Program-made: the position numbers and the translations under genes
The notes under the pieces: model-generated
What the model saw: only the letters and a program-made list of their open reading frames with translations
What the model was told of the DNA's origin: nothing
The model's database searches: none
In this document: positions 1-13,360 of the stretch, one piece after another
How positions within the stretch are numbered: position 1 is the stretch's first letter
Layout of the letters: every line of letters starts with the position of its first letter
Assembly: GCF_009914755.1 (NCBI RefSeq)
Contig: NC_060942.1
Length of the DNA stretch: 64,000 nucleotides
Source: the human T2T-CHM13v2.0 reference genome, Homo sapiens
Reading direction: 5' to 3' (one strand)

Positions 1-1185
1 TGTGAAATGTCATATCTAGCAATTATTAAGTGTTAGGGACAACGAAAAGGTGATACTGTGTAAAGGAAGGGAAGCACCATGCAAGAACAAAAAATTAACA
101 TGGACATCAAAAGACATGAAATGGGGCCAGTTTCTAAGAAACAGAATGACACCACCATTAACAATGGAGAAGTGCCTTTTCAGGGGTTCGCTTAGAAACT
201 TAGGAGTTAAACGTGTATTTAAAATCCATGTTTCAATTACTGTATCACCTAATCTTCCAAGCATACACATGGAATACTGTTCCTTTGTGTGGCAGCTGTA
301 AAAATCCTAAGCAGTTTTTACTGTCAAGAAAACTCTGAATAAACAGGGGCTGTTAACTTAGGCAGATATCTGAGGTTATTTGGTGGCAATCAAGAACTCG
401 CAGCACTTCAACTAATGGGTTATGATCAGAAACTGTTCCTAATAGCCAGCTAGACGGATCTGAATATGAAGATTTCTATAATTTTGTTGTCAGCTTGTGA
501 TGTACTCTAGTGCTAATTATTTGGAACAATTATGTTTTCCTAATAACAAAAGAAGAAGCAGTGAATTAAGCAGGCTTACCTTCACATCTTTAGATAACAG
601 TTTAAATGCACTTGCCATTAAGAAATAACATTTCTTTTTGCCTTACGGAGCCCTAATTATTTAAGATGCTTGTCTTTTAAAATCTACCGCTTCCACTTCT
701 TCTAAACCTGTTCGATGTGTCAGTTTACACTGATGATTTCAGTAACTAGTATTTTCTCAGTCTTAGGTTTATGCCTGTACCTCCATAGACTGCTTACTTC
801 ATTTAGTTATTCAAAAACCATAATTAGTGCAGTAATTAACGTGTGGATCCTTCAAAGGAAGACTGCTAGAATCATGGGACGTGTCTCATCATTCTTACTG
901 ATGTGTGGATGATAAAGAGACTGAGGCTGCTGTGACAACAGGACTTGTATTACTGCACAGTAACGGTGCTGCAGGGAAATTCAGACAGGACCTTGGTCCA
1001 CAGAGCCCCAACGTTTGAAAAAAGTAATTATCCACACTGTTTCCATAATTCAGCTAGGTGTTATCCTGCATTTGCAGCTGTCAAATCATTTGTTTTAAAT
1101 GTTTTTTTAAATATCTTATGAATACTTGAAAGTTTTGAGTTTTGCAGATTATCTCTCAGCCTATTTCTAAGCACAGGGGCCAAGC

Positions 1186-1206
1186 TTTTTTTTTTTTTTT
1201 TTTTTT
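1186..1206 (+). repeat. Poly(T)21 tract
   Basis: Seen directly. Confidence 0.95.
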
Positions 1207-2509
1207 AATCCATTACAGAGTCTTTCCTGACAATTTATTTCAGGCATTTGATAGTAATTTGAGTTAATGCAGGTTATAGTTTCAAAATCATAGTCATAAA
1301 GAAAAAGCTCAATTTTATACATTTCCCTAGAGAATTTTTTTTTTTGGTTCAATCTCAGTTTTCTCATAAGCGGAATTTCTTGTTTTCAAGCTATGGAAAT
1401 GAGTTGTATGCAGTTGAATTTGGCTGGGTATGACAGAGAGAGGTGCCGATAATGGTTCTGCAGTGCTCACAGCTACCTTGTTGGTCTCTCTCTCTGGTTC
1501 TTTCATTTAGAACGTTTGGCCTTTAACTTCCTATAAACAGAGGCCCATTTTTCACACCATGTCATTCATTGACATCTGCCCCCAAAATTCTGTGCTGCAT
1601 TTTATCCCTCAGATAGCTCATGTGAACTGGGATGAAGTAGCTTTGATCACGTGGAGTGATGTGCATTTCCTGCCTAAAGGAATTTTTGTCACAGTCATGA
1701 GAATGCTGCCAATTTGGGCTTCTTCGGAGCCTAAAGTCCAGGCTGAAGTGTGAGTAGGGTGTTGATATTAGATACTGGATATTGATAGGGAACAGTCATA
1801 TAACGAGAACTTTATTTCAATTGAGTGGCTACGGGTTGATTCCCCATGTTTAATATACTAAAAAAAGATACTGGGTATTGATCTGTGTTCAAAATGGGGT
1901 GGAAGATTCTGTCTTCCTCTAAATTTTATCAAGTGGAATATACCTTTATATTCTTAATATCTTGTCAGTGTGTTCCGCATTTACAGTACATCTTTATGTA
2001 TTATACTTGTTGAGGTTGAATTGGCTACACGTGGTTTCAGCCGCAACATAATCAAACCATTAGGCATTCTGAGCTCATTAATAACTTGTAGCTGAGTGTG
2101 TGTATGTGATACTCTGCAGATAGACCCTCTTTGCCAGTTGGAACACAAAGTTGCCCACTGCGTAACTCTTTTCCTAAAAGATAAACTATCTAAATTAGCC
2201 TATATGGATGCTGCTACAGTTAATTAACTAAAAATTCAGTAAGTTTTTTTTTACACTCTTTCTAATACTTCTAATCCAGACTTCTAAACAACATTCTAAT
2301 TTGTGAAAAACAGCTTTGAAACATGCTGTGACAAAGCACATGGAGAACGGTAGAGCTCCACGTGTGATGCCGGCCAGCACTGTTACTAATGCTGTGTCCT
2401 GCTCGTGAAGTAGGAATTGTTTTTTCAGAAGCTGCAATTACTTTGGTGGCAAGCAGTTCTGAAGGGAAGGAAGAACAAGGGTTCTTCCCCGTGTTAAGCA
2501 TTGCTACAG

Positions 2510-2700
2510 GCCAAGCATGCACTACGGGGCACTTGGTGCAGTCTGTTCCTAATACTCGCAGTATCCCGCAAGGTGTCAGTGCCCTGTGCAATGGACGTAG
2601 AAACTGAAGCTTAGAGAGGTGGACAAGCTGCCCAGGCATATGTAGCTAGTTAGTGGCTAAACGTAGATTTTAAGCTAGATCTGCCTGAGTCTTAATGTCT
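2510..2700. mobile_element. MIR SINE fragment
   Basis: gaaactgaagcttagagaggtggacaagctgcccagg...agctagttagtggc resembles the MIR core. Confidence 0.65.
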
Positions 2701-2902
2701 ACATAAAATCACATTCTTAAAGAAAGGGTAGCATTATTGATAGTTAAAAGCCTTACCACGTTCCTAAGTGATTGCCAGTTATTATTATGAAAAAGAAGAC
2801 ACTAACGACCATAGGAAAAGCTGTAGGGTTTCCCCCCTTTCTTCAACCATAAAAGAGCTAGCACTGTTGTCCACACACATGCACTTTCCGTCTCTTCTTA
2901 CC

Positions 2903-2949
2903 TCTCACACACACACTCTCTCTCTCACACACACACACTCACACACACA
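2903..2949 (+). repeat. Compound (CA)n/(CT)n microsatellite
   Basis: Seen directly. Confidence 0.9.
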
Positions 2950-3089
2950 GAATCCATCTAAACAAGCAATACCTTGAAATCCACTCCTACGATGTCTTTT
3001 TAGCCATGAGATCACTCAGGCCTAGTGGAAAAGTATTGTAGGTCTCTCACATTCGGCTGATACTGTAGCGCATGTGTGTGCATGCACGT

Positions 3090-3090
<1 letters not shown>

Positions 3091-3118
<28 letters not shown>
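3091..3118 (+). repeat. (CA)14 microsatellite
   Basis: Seen directly. Confidence 0.95.
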
Positions 3119-3122
<4 letters not shown>

Positions 3123-3202
3123 GAGCCAAAAACAAATGTGCAGCTCTAGTGTAACTGAAGGATAAGTAGAAACTAAGGAACAGTGTTGATTGACCACAAT
3201 TA

Positions 3203-3216
3203 CAGCCACCTAGTGG
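3203..3216 (-). promoter_or_regulatory. Candidate CTCF core motif
   Basis: The minus strand reads CCACTAGGTGGCTG, one mismatch to CCASYAGRKGGCRS. Motif match only. Confidence 0.35.
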
Positions 3217-3295
3217 ACGATCAGCATCCCCATTTTTATATAAAGCCACATTCATTCAAGAGGTAGCTTGTCCTTAAACACTGTGTAGCCTGCAT

Positions 3296-3383
3296 TCACA
3301 AATGTCAATACAAACACCAGCGACCGCCTCCGATGTCACAAATGTCAATACAGACATCAGCGAGTGTCTCCCACAGATGTAAC
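3296..3383 (+). repeat. Two-copy 40-bp tandem duplication
   Basis: tcacaaatgtcaataca(a/g)aca(c/t)cagcga begins at 3296 and 3336. Confidence 0.85.
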
Positions 3384-3520
3384 ACTAAGCCCAGCCTGGT
3401 AGAAGCCCATCTTCAGCTTTAGATAATTTGCATTTCATTCTTTTTAGGTATCTGATTGATACATATTTGGCCTTTCTGAATATCCCTTGCCCTTTGAATT
3501 AGCCTTGCTCATTTCTTTCC

Positions 3521-3678
<158 letters not shown>

Positions 3679-4034
3679 TAACAACAGTAAAAGTAAAATG
3701 TAGAAGTAAAAGACAGTTCAGCCTTATGATTTTTGTACTTATTATACTTCAGAAGATTATATAAACCATAAGGTTTATATTAGATATAATTTTCATTATA
3801 TCTAGAAAATAAATATGACACTGGACAGATCAGGTTTGTTTTCAGATGTGAAAAATAAGTCACTGAATTGGTCTGAATACCTAAAGATGAAGAAAAGAGT
3901 CATAATATTGTATAATTAGAGTCCTAAGAGTCTGTAGAGAGAAAATGATGTAACTGCCCACTGAATTTAGGAGTGCTCCACAGCATTTTTGACAGGAAAT
4001 GATTGGCACACTCTTCTGTGCTTATATGGAGTGC

Positions 4035-4765
4035 ATTTACTTTTTCTAAATGGAGATTTAATTTACATGCAGTAAATTTCATCTTTTTTAGGTATACAGT
4101 TGGATGTGTTTTGTCAAATGTTTGCAATCATGCAAGCACAACCAAGTTAGAGAACGTTTCCATTACCCCAAAAAGTTGCCTAGTGCCACTCTTCAGTAAA
4201 TCTCTTCTCCTAGCACTCAGGCCTTGGCTGTCCCTATAGTTTTGTCTTTTCCAGCATGTCACGTCAGTGGCAGGTACCCATCTATTTCACTTGGCACAAT
4301 GCTTTTCAACTTCATTCCCATTGCTGCACATCCACTGCTCATGTTCCCTCCTGTCACCAAGTCCTGTTCCGTCGCATGCGTGTACCAGTATGTTTGCCTG
4401 TCTCCTGGTGATGGACATTAGGTTGCTTCCAGTTGTGGGTGATTAGGAATCACCCTACTGTCAATGTTTGGCAACAGGTCTTTGTATGGGCATGTGTTTT
4501 CATTTTCTTAGGAATGGGGTCATGGGATGATGTGGTGAGAAATTGCCAACAAACTGTTTTCCACCATGGCTGTGCCATTTCGCATCCCCACCAGCAGTTC
4601 ATGAGAGCTCCAGGTGCTCCGCGTCCTCACCAGCACTTGGCATGATCGGTCTTTTTAAAATTTTAGCCATTCTAATGGGTGTGTTGTGTATCTCATCATG
4701 GTTTTAATTTGCATTTTCCTAGTGACTGATGATACCAAGCATCTTTTCATGTATCCATGTGTAAA
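4035..4765 (-). mobile_element. Old L1M 3' end fragment
   Basis: Typical antisense L1M phrases: gatggacattaggttgcttccag, caaactgttttccaccatggctgtgccatt, tggttttaatttgcattttcctagtgact. Confidence 0.8.
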
Positions 4766-6517
4766 TTGTTCTCAGTTTTAGAAAAATTCTTCCTCATAAT
4801 GAGCTAAAGCAGTCCTCCTATGCTCTGGACCTGCACAGGTCATGTGCATGCCCAGCTCTACATAACAGCCTGCCAGATATTTGGAGGCTGTTTTCCTGTC
4901 CTTATTTCCACCCCTCAAATCTATCTTTGCCAAGCCAGCCTGCTTAGTTCATTCCTTTCACCTGCCTGCCTCCCTCCATCCCTCCCATCACTGTCCGCTT
5001 GCTATGGCTTCTGCACCAACCCTCTGGTTTCTGTATCACATCATTGTGGATGTGCTCCCATTTCTGCATCTCTATTAAACATGTTTCCTGGCACTGAATG
5101 CAGTGTTCTGCTTTGCAAGTGCCGTGTTGTCTTAAAGCAGCAAAGTTTGGGTTTGCTTCTGTAGCAGCCATATCAGCTTTCCGTCATGGGCAAATTTAAC
5201 AAGTTGACCCTGTGGCTTTATCCACAGTACTGATAAAAAGGCTTCACTTGCCAAGTAAAGAGTCCTGCATTACAGGGTTGACAACACCATGGTCCAACTG
5301 AGGACATATAATTGGCAGGTATCCGGATATAAAAATATTTACAGGGGAACCAGCTAGTTTGATAATCAATGATAGAGTTTTCTAAATTGCTAAACTGCTC
5401 CGTTTACTTTGAACACTGAGAGCTGCTGAGCAATTATGAATTATTCTAATTACCTTTAATTTTTGGTATCTACTATATGTTTCTGTAAAAAAGTACTGAG
5501 ATATGCAAATATGGTCAGCGTAAGATTTTAAACCCTGGGGCCACGATATCAAACACCACTGAAAACCTCTGGAAGTGAGAGCAGTTGACCTCTTCCGACA
5601 TCTTTAGAATCTTATGTAAGGTTTTCATAATTTACAGAACTGATATTAGATCCAGTGATAATCTCCCCCTCTCCCTTTTAGGAATATATAGCAGCACTTG
5701 GGGGAAAGTCTCGCCTGTTGAAAAAAAACACTATATTCATGTGTTTATCTATATGGAGCTTCATGAAAGCGTTTTGTTGGGTTTTTTTTCTTTCTTTTTT
5801 TTTAAAAAAAAAAACAGGTTTTTGTTTGTTTGTTTTCCTTTAATGGAATAAGGTCTTTAGAACTAGACTCCTTGGCGGTTCTAGCTTAGACTACAAGAAG
5901 CCACTAGAAGCCTCTGTATTGTTTCTGGATTCTGTTACCTTGGGCACCGTTCGTACTGATGTAGTGTTTGCTTTTGTTCTTTCGTTATGTCTTATTCCTC
6001 CAGTATTAGGAACAGCCCTAGGTAACGTTTCTGATCATGAAGTGAATCTGACCTTGAAATAACCCTGAACTATTCCCGTCACTATGGCCCGTGTCAAAAA
6101 CTTGCGGATTGTTGTGATCATGAGGTTTCCATTGATATGTTTGATAAGTGGTTTAAAATAAATATATTTTATTGTAAGTATATTAATATGCAAGATATGA
6201 CTAAAGCAATATGATGTTTGACTGGTTTATTAAAAAACTATTCACATTATTTTTATGTGTGTTGCTGTTTAAAATTTCTTTTCTGCTAAAGACCACCATG
6301 TACTTAATATTCTGACCAACACTGAAGACTTATTTGTACATCATAGTTCTTCCAGGTACTTCACCATACTCCACACTCAGTTTAAACACGTTGGTGCAAA
6401 TTCCATTACAGCAAAGAATTTCTTCTAGGATGTTATTGTAAAGAAAAAGAGTGCATTGTCAGCAATATGTTTCTGAATAAGGAATGAAGTTTTTTTCAGC
6501 TTGATTGGGAAAAATCT

Positions 6518-6652
6518 GGGTGTGGGGGGGTGTGGGCATGTATGTGGGGGGTGTGGGTGGGGTGTGTGTGCTTGGGTGTGGGGGTGCGTGGGGCGGTGTG
6601 GGTGTGCACGCATGTACATAACATGTGCCTGTGTATGTGCATGCACACGTGT
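6518..6652 (+). repeat. GT/G-rich low-complexity tract
   Basis: Interleaved GGG(G) runs and TG repeats; seen directly. Confidence 0.9.
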
Positions 6653-9600
6653 ATGAAAAAATGTGCAGATGTGATCGTCTCAGCAGAAAGTTTTATAATA
6701 TAACTGGAGATGAAAGAAAATATAATCTAACTGGTGGTAAGTTATTCATTTTAATTAAAATTCATGCTGATAACTGAACCATTCAATTTGCACTGTTTAC
6801 ATAAGATTATAAGCACTCAACTTGTCTGAGTGTTTAAATTCCTTTTTCAGGCTTAAGTTGGGGCATTCAGCAAAACAATTGTCAAGTCCCTGGCCTCCTG
6901 CACGTAGGCCCACTGCCTGCAAACAGTGGAAATGTTGCCCTGGAAATGTGGCTAAAGTTTCGTGAAATGAAACATGAAGCATGCCAGGCCCATCTGTGCC
7001 AGCCTTATGAAACAAAAGCACCCAATTTTATCATCATTGTCTTTTGTTCTCCACAGTGCTATTCATGTGGCTGTTTTATGAATGCCAGAGTCTGGGGGCA
7101 TCCATTGATCCACCGCTTTCTTTGCTGCACCGTTTGTTCTCTGTTATAATACTTGTCACCCCGCACCCTCTTCTTTTTAAAAAATGGAAACTTCGATGTT
7201 GAGAGTCTTGAGTAACGCTGTAAGGTTTCGTGCTATGAGGCTATGAGGCTGGTGGGCTTTGTTTTTGGATTGCAGATCAAGTATGCATTGGGGGGAGGTA
7301 GATGACTATACTCTTAAGCAGAAGGATCAAATATGTTGCTGTGTAAGTCCCAGAATCTATAAACCACCTGTTCTATTATATTTGTGTCAGTTTTCATTAT
7401 CTTCGTGAATAGGTATTTCCCATCTTAATGCAACAGTATTTGCATATGATGAACCAACCAGCTCCAACATGGCTTCTTTTGAGGATTCTGAATTTCCATT
7501 CAAATGATCCGAAGTCATTCTTATTTGAGATCACACTGGGCCAAATATGGTAACTGTAAATTCATTTGAACTATAATGCTACAATTAGCCCATTAATTTT
7601 TAGTCTGCATAACACAGTCAGCTGCTATATATTGTGGAGGTGGAGGTATGTTCCATTTTCATATCATAACAGAAAATTTAAAAATACAGCAACATGGGAC
7701 CAATCACTGTATCATGTTTCCTATAGACTAAGCGGTGATCAGAGCCGGGCTGCCCAGCCCGTCTCTAAAGAGTATCAGCATGGCTGGGCATCAGCATTCT
7801 ACAAGTTAGAGGGAGCTTGCAGACATCGAACCAATGGATTTAATCCACATCCTCAGAGGCTTAGGCTTTCTGAGAAAGATGAATAGGAAACCAAGTCACT
7901 GTGCATCCCTCCACTCATTTTAGCCAACGCTGCTTCACTTTTACTGCCTTATATTGTGAAGTTCTTGGGGAGATTTTTAATAGTCCTCATACTGAAAAAT
8001 TAAAATCCACTCATAAGCCAGCAGTTAGAAAGTCGAGTCAGTACCCAGCTGAATCGTGACCACCCGAACCAAGGGGTCCTGCCCCCATGGAGCCAGGTCC
8101 ATGCGGAATGAACAGCATCCTCCTTTACTTCACTCCCTGGAGCGGCTGTGCAGAGAATCTGTGAGAATCAATCTCCTCCCTTCTTTGGCTTTTTGTTTTC
8201 ATAGAGTTGAATTGAAGACAATGAAAAAAAAAAAAAAAGCCTTACCTCACTCCCTCCTTGCATGTGTTTTCTATGTAGATTCAAGCCCAAAAGTCTCTTG
8301 TCAGAATTTGGCATTTGCCTCCCGGATGTCCCTTGACCTCTGTCCTTCAATATATACTAGTCGAATTTAAGTCAAATAAATTATGTTCATGGCAGTTACT
8401 CTGTAGGTTAAAAAGTATCTGAAGAAAAAGGGAAGGAAACCTTCTATATTAATAGGGCTATATCCAAAATCTAAGCTAATTTTGATTTATCTATTAGAAT
8501 ATTTGGGATTCTGATTTGTTTATTTATATACATCTTAAAAATTGGACAATAAACCCAAATATTGAATAATACAAGCATGTTTTAAGAAAGAACTGAGCCC
8601 AGTGTTACAGGAATCAGTTTTTTGCTTATATGACATATTGGGAAACGGATTATGTATGGTTGATCTGTGGGGGTTTAATGACTAGCAGGACGATGTCAAA
8701 AATAGGAACAAAAAAAGCAAGTAGCATTGTTCTAGCCAGTAGGAGTTACTAGTAAAAGGAAGGCATAGAAAACAGAAGGTACTCATAACACTAAAAAAAG
8801 CAGGGACGGCCCTTCCTCCAGGGCTGCCGTACGAGTGAGGGAGTTACAGCAGCACCCAGAGCCAGGGACCCTCTGCCTTCTGCCCTTCTGCGGCCTCACG
8901 TTGAAGGTGACTCTGCTGCCAGCACCCTGGCCCAGCATACTGCAGTCATGTGGCGGCTTTTTAAAGCAGGTTCTGTAATAGAGGCTTTTCCAAGAGGATT
9001 TTTTTTTCCCTTCACTTTCTGTGTGCAGTTTACCTACTGTACTTCCTGGAATTTCTGTTAAGACTTTCAGATATTTTAGTAATACTTTTCAAAGCCTAGC
9101 TCCTACTAATAGACACCTTGGCACTCTGTAAATTAAGTAAGACAACAACTGTTAGATCACCAGCGTAATGCAAACGTACAAGCACAGTAATCAAATGGAC
9201 ATATATAAAAGCTGAGATGTATAGTGTCACTCTCTCTGTTTTGCCCTTTGGCAATTCTGCTTTGAGTTTCTTTCAGCCAGCAAATGAGGAATTAATTCGG
9301 TACTGTCATTCTGATTGTCTGGCTGCTGCAGGAAAGAGTGGAGTATCTTTGTTGAGAAAAATACCTGATGACGTTTAATAGTGAGTAGAGACGAAGGTAA
9401 ACACATGAATGTCTGTATTTCCGCACACATCATGCCAAGTTTCACCTGCCTTTCTTTTCTTCGTTATAGTAATGAAGCCACTAATCAGACAGCCTTATAT
9501 TGGTTTTTATATAGAATATGGCACGTGTTGGTATTCATAACTCGTTAACCACGTGCTCAAGAGGAAAATGACCAGAATCATAGACTCAGATCCTAATGCA

Positions 9601-10934
9601 GCTGAAGCTGACACCTGTCAGCAGCACCAGGCCTGTGCCTCGTCTCCCGGTGACCTGTACAGACACCGCCCTTTTTGCTCTCAATGGTATTCTGATTTCA
9701 CTGATTAATTTCGTGGTCTTTCTGGTATTATGCGTCAGAGGCCTAATTTTTGTCTACATGGTATTTCTTTTTGGCATTTGCCATGGTTGGTCCCTCTCTT
9801 CTTTCTTCCCTTCCATGACCTCAGGTCTTGACTTTTTGGCTTTCTTGACTGGCTCTGACTGTCCATTCTTTGCCAGTGTCTCCTGGAGCTCCTTTGCTCA
9901 GCTTGGTTCTCAGCCTCCCACGCAGCACCCAGGTGACTTCAACCCTCAGGTGTTTGGGACTACCACCTGTATTCTCATCATAGCCAGAAATTTCCAACCC
10001 AGCCTAGCCTTCCCCTGGCCTGAAGCATGTTGCCAGTAATAACTGACAGGACTCTAACTCTCAGCTCGATGTGAAAACAAGAGATGCTTTCATGAGCCAA
10101 TGACTGGAATCCTGACACTTTCTGTCTTTAAAAAAATCAACTAGATTATTTTCATCAACTTTATAACTATGTTTAAAATGTTTGTTTTGTTTTAGAATGA
10201 CAAGATATGAGGGCCTGCTATTTGCAAGCATATATTTGCAAATAACATATTTTGCTTGTGAACAGTTATGATTCCTAAAAACTGAAAAAATTAAATTGGA
10301 GGGTGGGAAGGGGCAGAAGGGGTGAGCAGGCAGTGTTCAGGCTGTAGGGCCACCAAGCCAGAGTCAGCCAGCGAGAGGCTCCCTGGCTGGCAGGAATGGG
10401 CCTGGAGGGGACCCTTTTGTGGAGTCACCCTTGGCTGGCCTGGATGCAGTGGGGGCAGTGCTGCCAGCCACGCTCCTTGACAGGAAATCTGAGTGGTGAG
10501 TGCTCATGGCCACCTCGTTGTTTTTCCAAATAACACTGGCCGGTAGTATTTTTTTTTTTTGGGTGGGGGTGGGGTGGGGGAGTTGTTCGTCATGATCTCA
10601 CTGTCAGCTGGTGTGATATATAATTGCACACAGAACTAGGCAGATTCAAATATCTGGTAATTGCCCAGAAAGTTCATGTTGTTTGCATTTGGAGGAACTG
10701 AGTATCAGGTAGTATGTTGGGTGGCTAAGAGCTGAAGCCAGAGATTGGCATCATGGAGCTAGGATGAATCACTTGATGTCAAACAGCGCAGCCTCCTGCT
10801 CTGGCAGGGTTTCACTAACATAGCCTGGGATCATACTTATTTGTCCGGTTCCTGAAGACATGTGGGTCACCGGCACTGTCTGCTCTGATAGGCCCACGCG
10901 TATTCAGCAGAACTTCTGCTCCCTGCTTTGGGAG

Positions 10935-11560
10935 TTCTAGAATCATAATCTAAATATTAGCAAGGACATTGGAGCCCCTGATTTGAGTCCTCTTTGCAGC
11001 ATCTCCAAAAAGTGGTCGTTCAGGTTTTTTTAATAGGAGTCTCAATGCTAAGGCATCGCGTTTCAGTTTCTGAATCAGTGTGATTAAGGCAAAGTTTTCT
11101 TCCTATAACTTCCCTCTGCTGTTCCCCATTTTGCCTTCTAGAGCCATGCAGAATGAACCTGTTCTCCCTTCCACATGATAGTCCTTTAAGTATTCGTAAA
11201 CTGAAGCCATTCTTTATGCATTTTAAGTCCCCAGTTATTTTTGTTTCTTTTCTCTATATTCATGGCTATTTGTCAATGTTTCTGTTAAAACTTGGAGCTC
11301 AAGCTTCAACATGACACCCTAAGTATAGTCTGAGCAGCTTATCATCATATTATTACCGTTCTTTGCCTGAACTCTGTACTTGTATTGATGTAGCCACATC
11401 AGTGTATTGATCCTACCAGTGGCTAGAACTTGGAAGTCATTTTCTGTCATACTTTGGGCAATTTTTTACTACCGACTGCAGGACTTTACATTTATTTGCA
11501 TTAAATTTAATTTTGCTGTATGTATAATGTGGTTCAAATATTTTAGTCATACAAGATTAT
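10935..11560 (-). mobile_element. L3/CR1 LINE remnant
   Basis: ctataacttccctctgctg...agagccatgcagaatgaacctgttctcccttccacatgatagtcctttaagtatt resembles the antisense L3 3' region. Boundaries approximate. Confidence 0.55.
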
Positions 11561-11659
11561 TTTGTATATTCATAGATATTAGTTACATTACATACCAATT
11601 TCAGGTGATATGAACTGAACTATAATGCATTAAACTTAAAATAATAGTAATTATTATTA

Positions 11660-12382
11660 CCATATAATATATTACTGTTAATATATTGAGCCCTTCCTGT
11701 GTGTCAAGCACAATGCTAAGTATTGTACATAGGCTGTCTCATTTACTCTTTAAGAAAATAAGTATTATGTTACATATTTTATTGATTAAGAAAACAAGAT
11801 TTAATAAATTTAAGTGACTGTCTAGAATTATGAAAAGTCTAAAATTTTATCCAGCTTGCAAATATTCTGCCACAGTTTATGGATACTGGCAGAAGACATG
11901 AGATTCCTGGGTCAGAGATAAAGGACTTTATTAATCACAGCAACAGCTGTAGCCAAAGGGTCAGCATCTGACCCAGTTTCCTGAGTCCAAACTCCCACAG
12001 GCTGACATGAAGAGGCCAGTGACATCTGTACACACAGTGGGTTGTAGTATAGGCAATGAACGCAGAATTCAGGGAGCCCAAATCTTTTATTACAAGGAGT
12101 AAGCTTGCCTGTTCTCTGTCCAAGAGGAGTACTTATTTTTATTATAATGAACAACGGATCAGTTTGCCCTTTGCTCTGAAAGAAGACACCCTCTTTCTCT
12201 TCCAAGGCTGATTTCTCTAGAAACATCCACGAAAAGATAATCTACAGTAAAGGTAGTCAGTGCCTCAGCTCACAAAAAGCACCAAAACACAGAGATCTAT
12301 GGAGATTTCTCTTTCTATAGTAACTTCCAGGTGTCCTGAGGAATCAAACCCAAGCATGCTGACACCAGAGCTCATGCTCTTT
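11660..12382. mobile_element. MIR split by an LTR insertion (halves at about 11660-11828 and 12320-12382)
   Basis: tattgagcccttcctgtgtgtcaagcacaatgctaag... resumes after the LTR as ggaatcaaacccaagcatgctgacaccagagctcatgctctt. Confidence 0.55.
11830..12318 (-). mobile_element. Solo ERVL-class LTR, LTR40-like
   Basis: The minus strand begins ...aatctccatagatctct...gtgagctgaggcactgactaccttt...cagccttggaagagag...agagcaaagggca, as in the remembered LTR40 consensus. Minus-strand AATAAA at about 11927-11932. Confidence 0.7.
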
Positions 12383-12447
12383 CTCTTACCTGGAGGATGT
12401 TTTAAAGAGTAGTCAATCCTTCCTTTTTAGATTTGTCTTCTTTTTAA

Positions 12448-12600
12448 AGCAATACTTATTACGGCCTATTATATGCCAAGCACTGAAGATGCCGTGGCAA
12501 ATAATAGAGCCCTGCACTCAAGGAGCTCTCGGTGTAGCAGGAAAGATGAGCACACGTATGGATAATTAAGATTCAGTGTGATAGGCTGGAAGTATGTACG
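12448..12600 (-). mobile_element. L2 3' end fragment
   Basis: aatacttatt..cctattatatgccaagcactg...ccctgcactcaaggagctc matches the antisense L2 tail pattern. Confidence 0.55.
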
Positions 12601-13360
12601 ACAGGCTGTGTGGGTGTCTACCTAATGTCTCTAAAACCCAAAGTAACTTTCAAATTAAATAAATATATAATTAAGACATATGTAAGTATCCAGTTGCTTA
12701 TGGACCCATGTTAATGCTGTCACTTAGGACCTAGGTTTTTCTGTTAGGTTTACCCAGAAACTCTTTAATAGATGGTAAATGTGACAAACTACAAAAGCAC
12801 CCGAGTGCATTCTTCCTGTGCTCACTTACGGAACCTAAAAATTCTACTAGTAGTCATGCAACTGATTATCACAGTGGGTATTTATTCTTCTAATTATAGT
12901 ACTAAGTGAAATAGATCATTGCCTTTCTCTCCCATTCCCTGACTGTCTCTAAGAGCTCAGGACTGTCAGCAGTGGGATTTCGTTTCCCATCACAGTCACT
13001 CTTCATGAAGCAGAGTGATAGCAACAGAACCACATGAGCAGTGAAAGAAACATATTCAGGGTTCTAGAGAAGAGAGAATTGATATGCAATGGAATCTCTG
13101 AACCTTGGAGGTTTTAAAACTGTTCCAGTTCTTAGATATCCTACCCTTTAAAAACTTTAACAGCTCTTAAAGAATTAACAAGTGTTGCTCAAACATTGTG
13201 TGTCGGGACTTATTCCAGCCATGCTGCTGCTAGTCTGGGGGTCGGTCATCAGGTAAGGAGCTATGTGAGACATGTCCGAGGGGCTTTTCTCCAGGGAACT
13301 CCCTAAAAAGCAGAGACCACCACATGTCATCAGAACTCAGGCACTCTCATAAGTGAAGGC

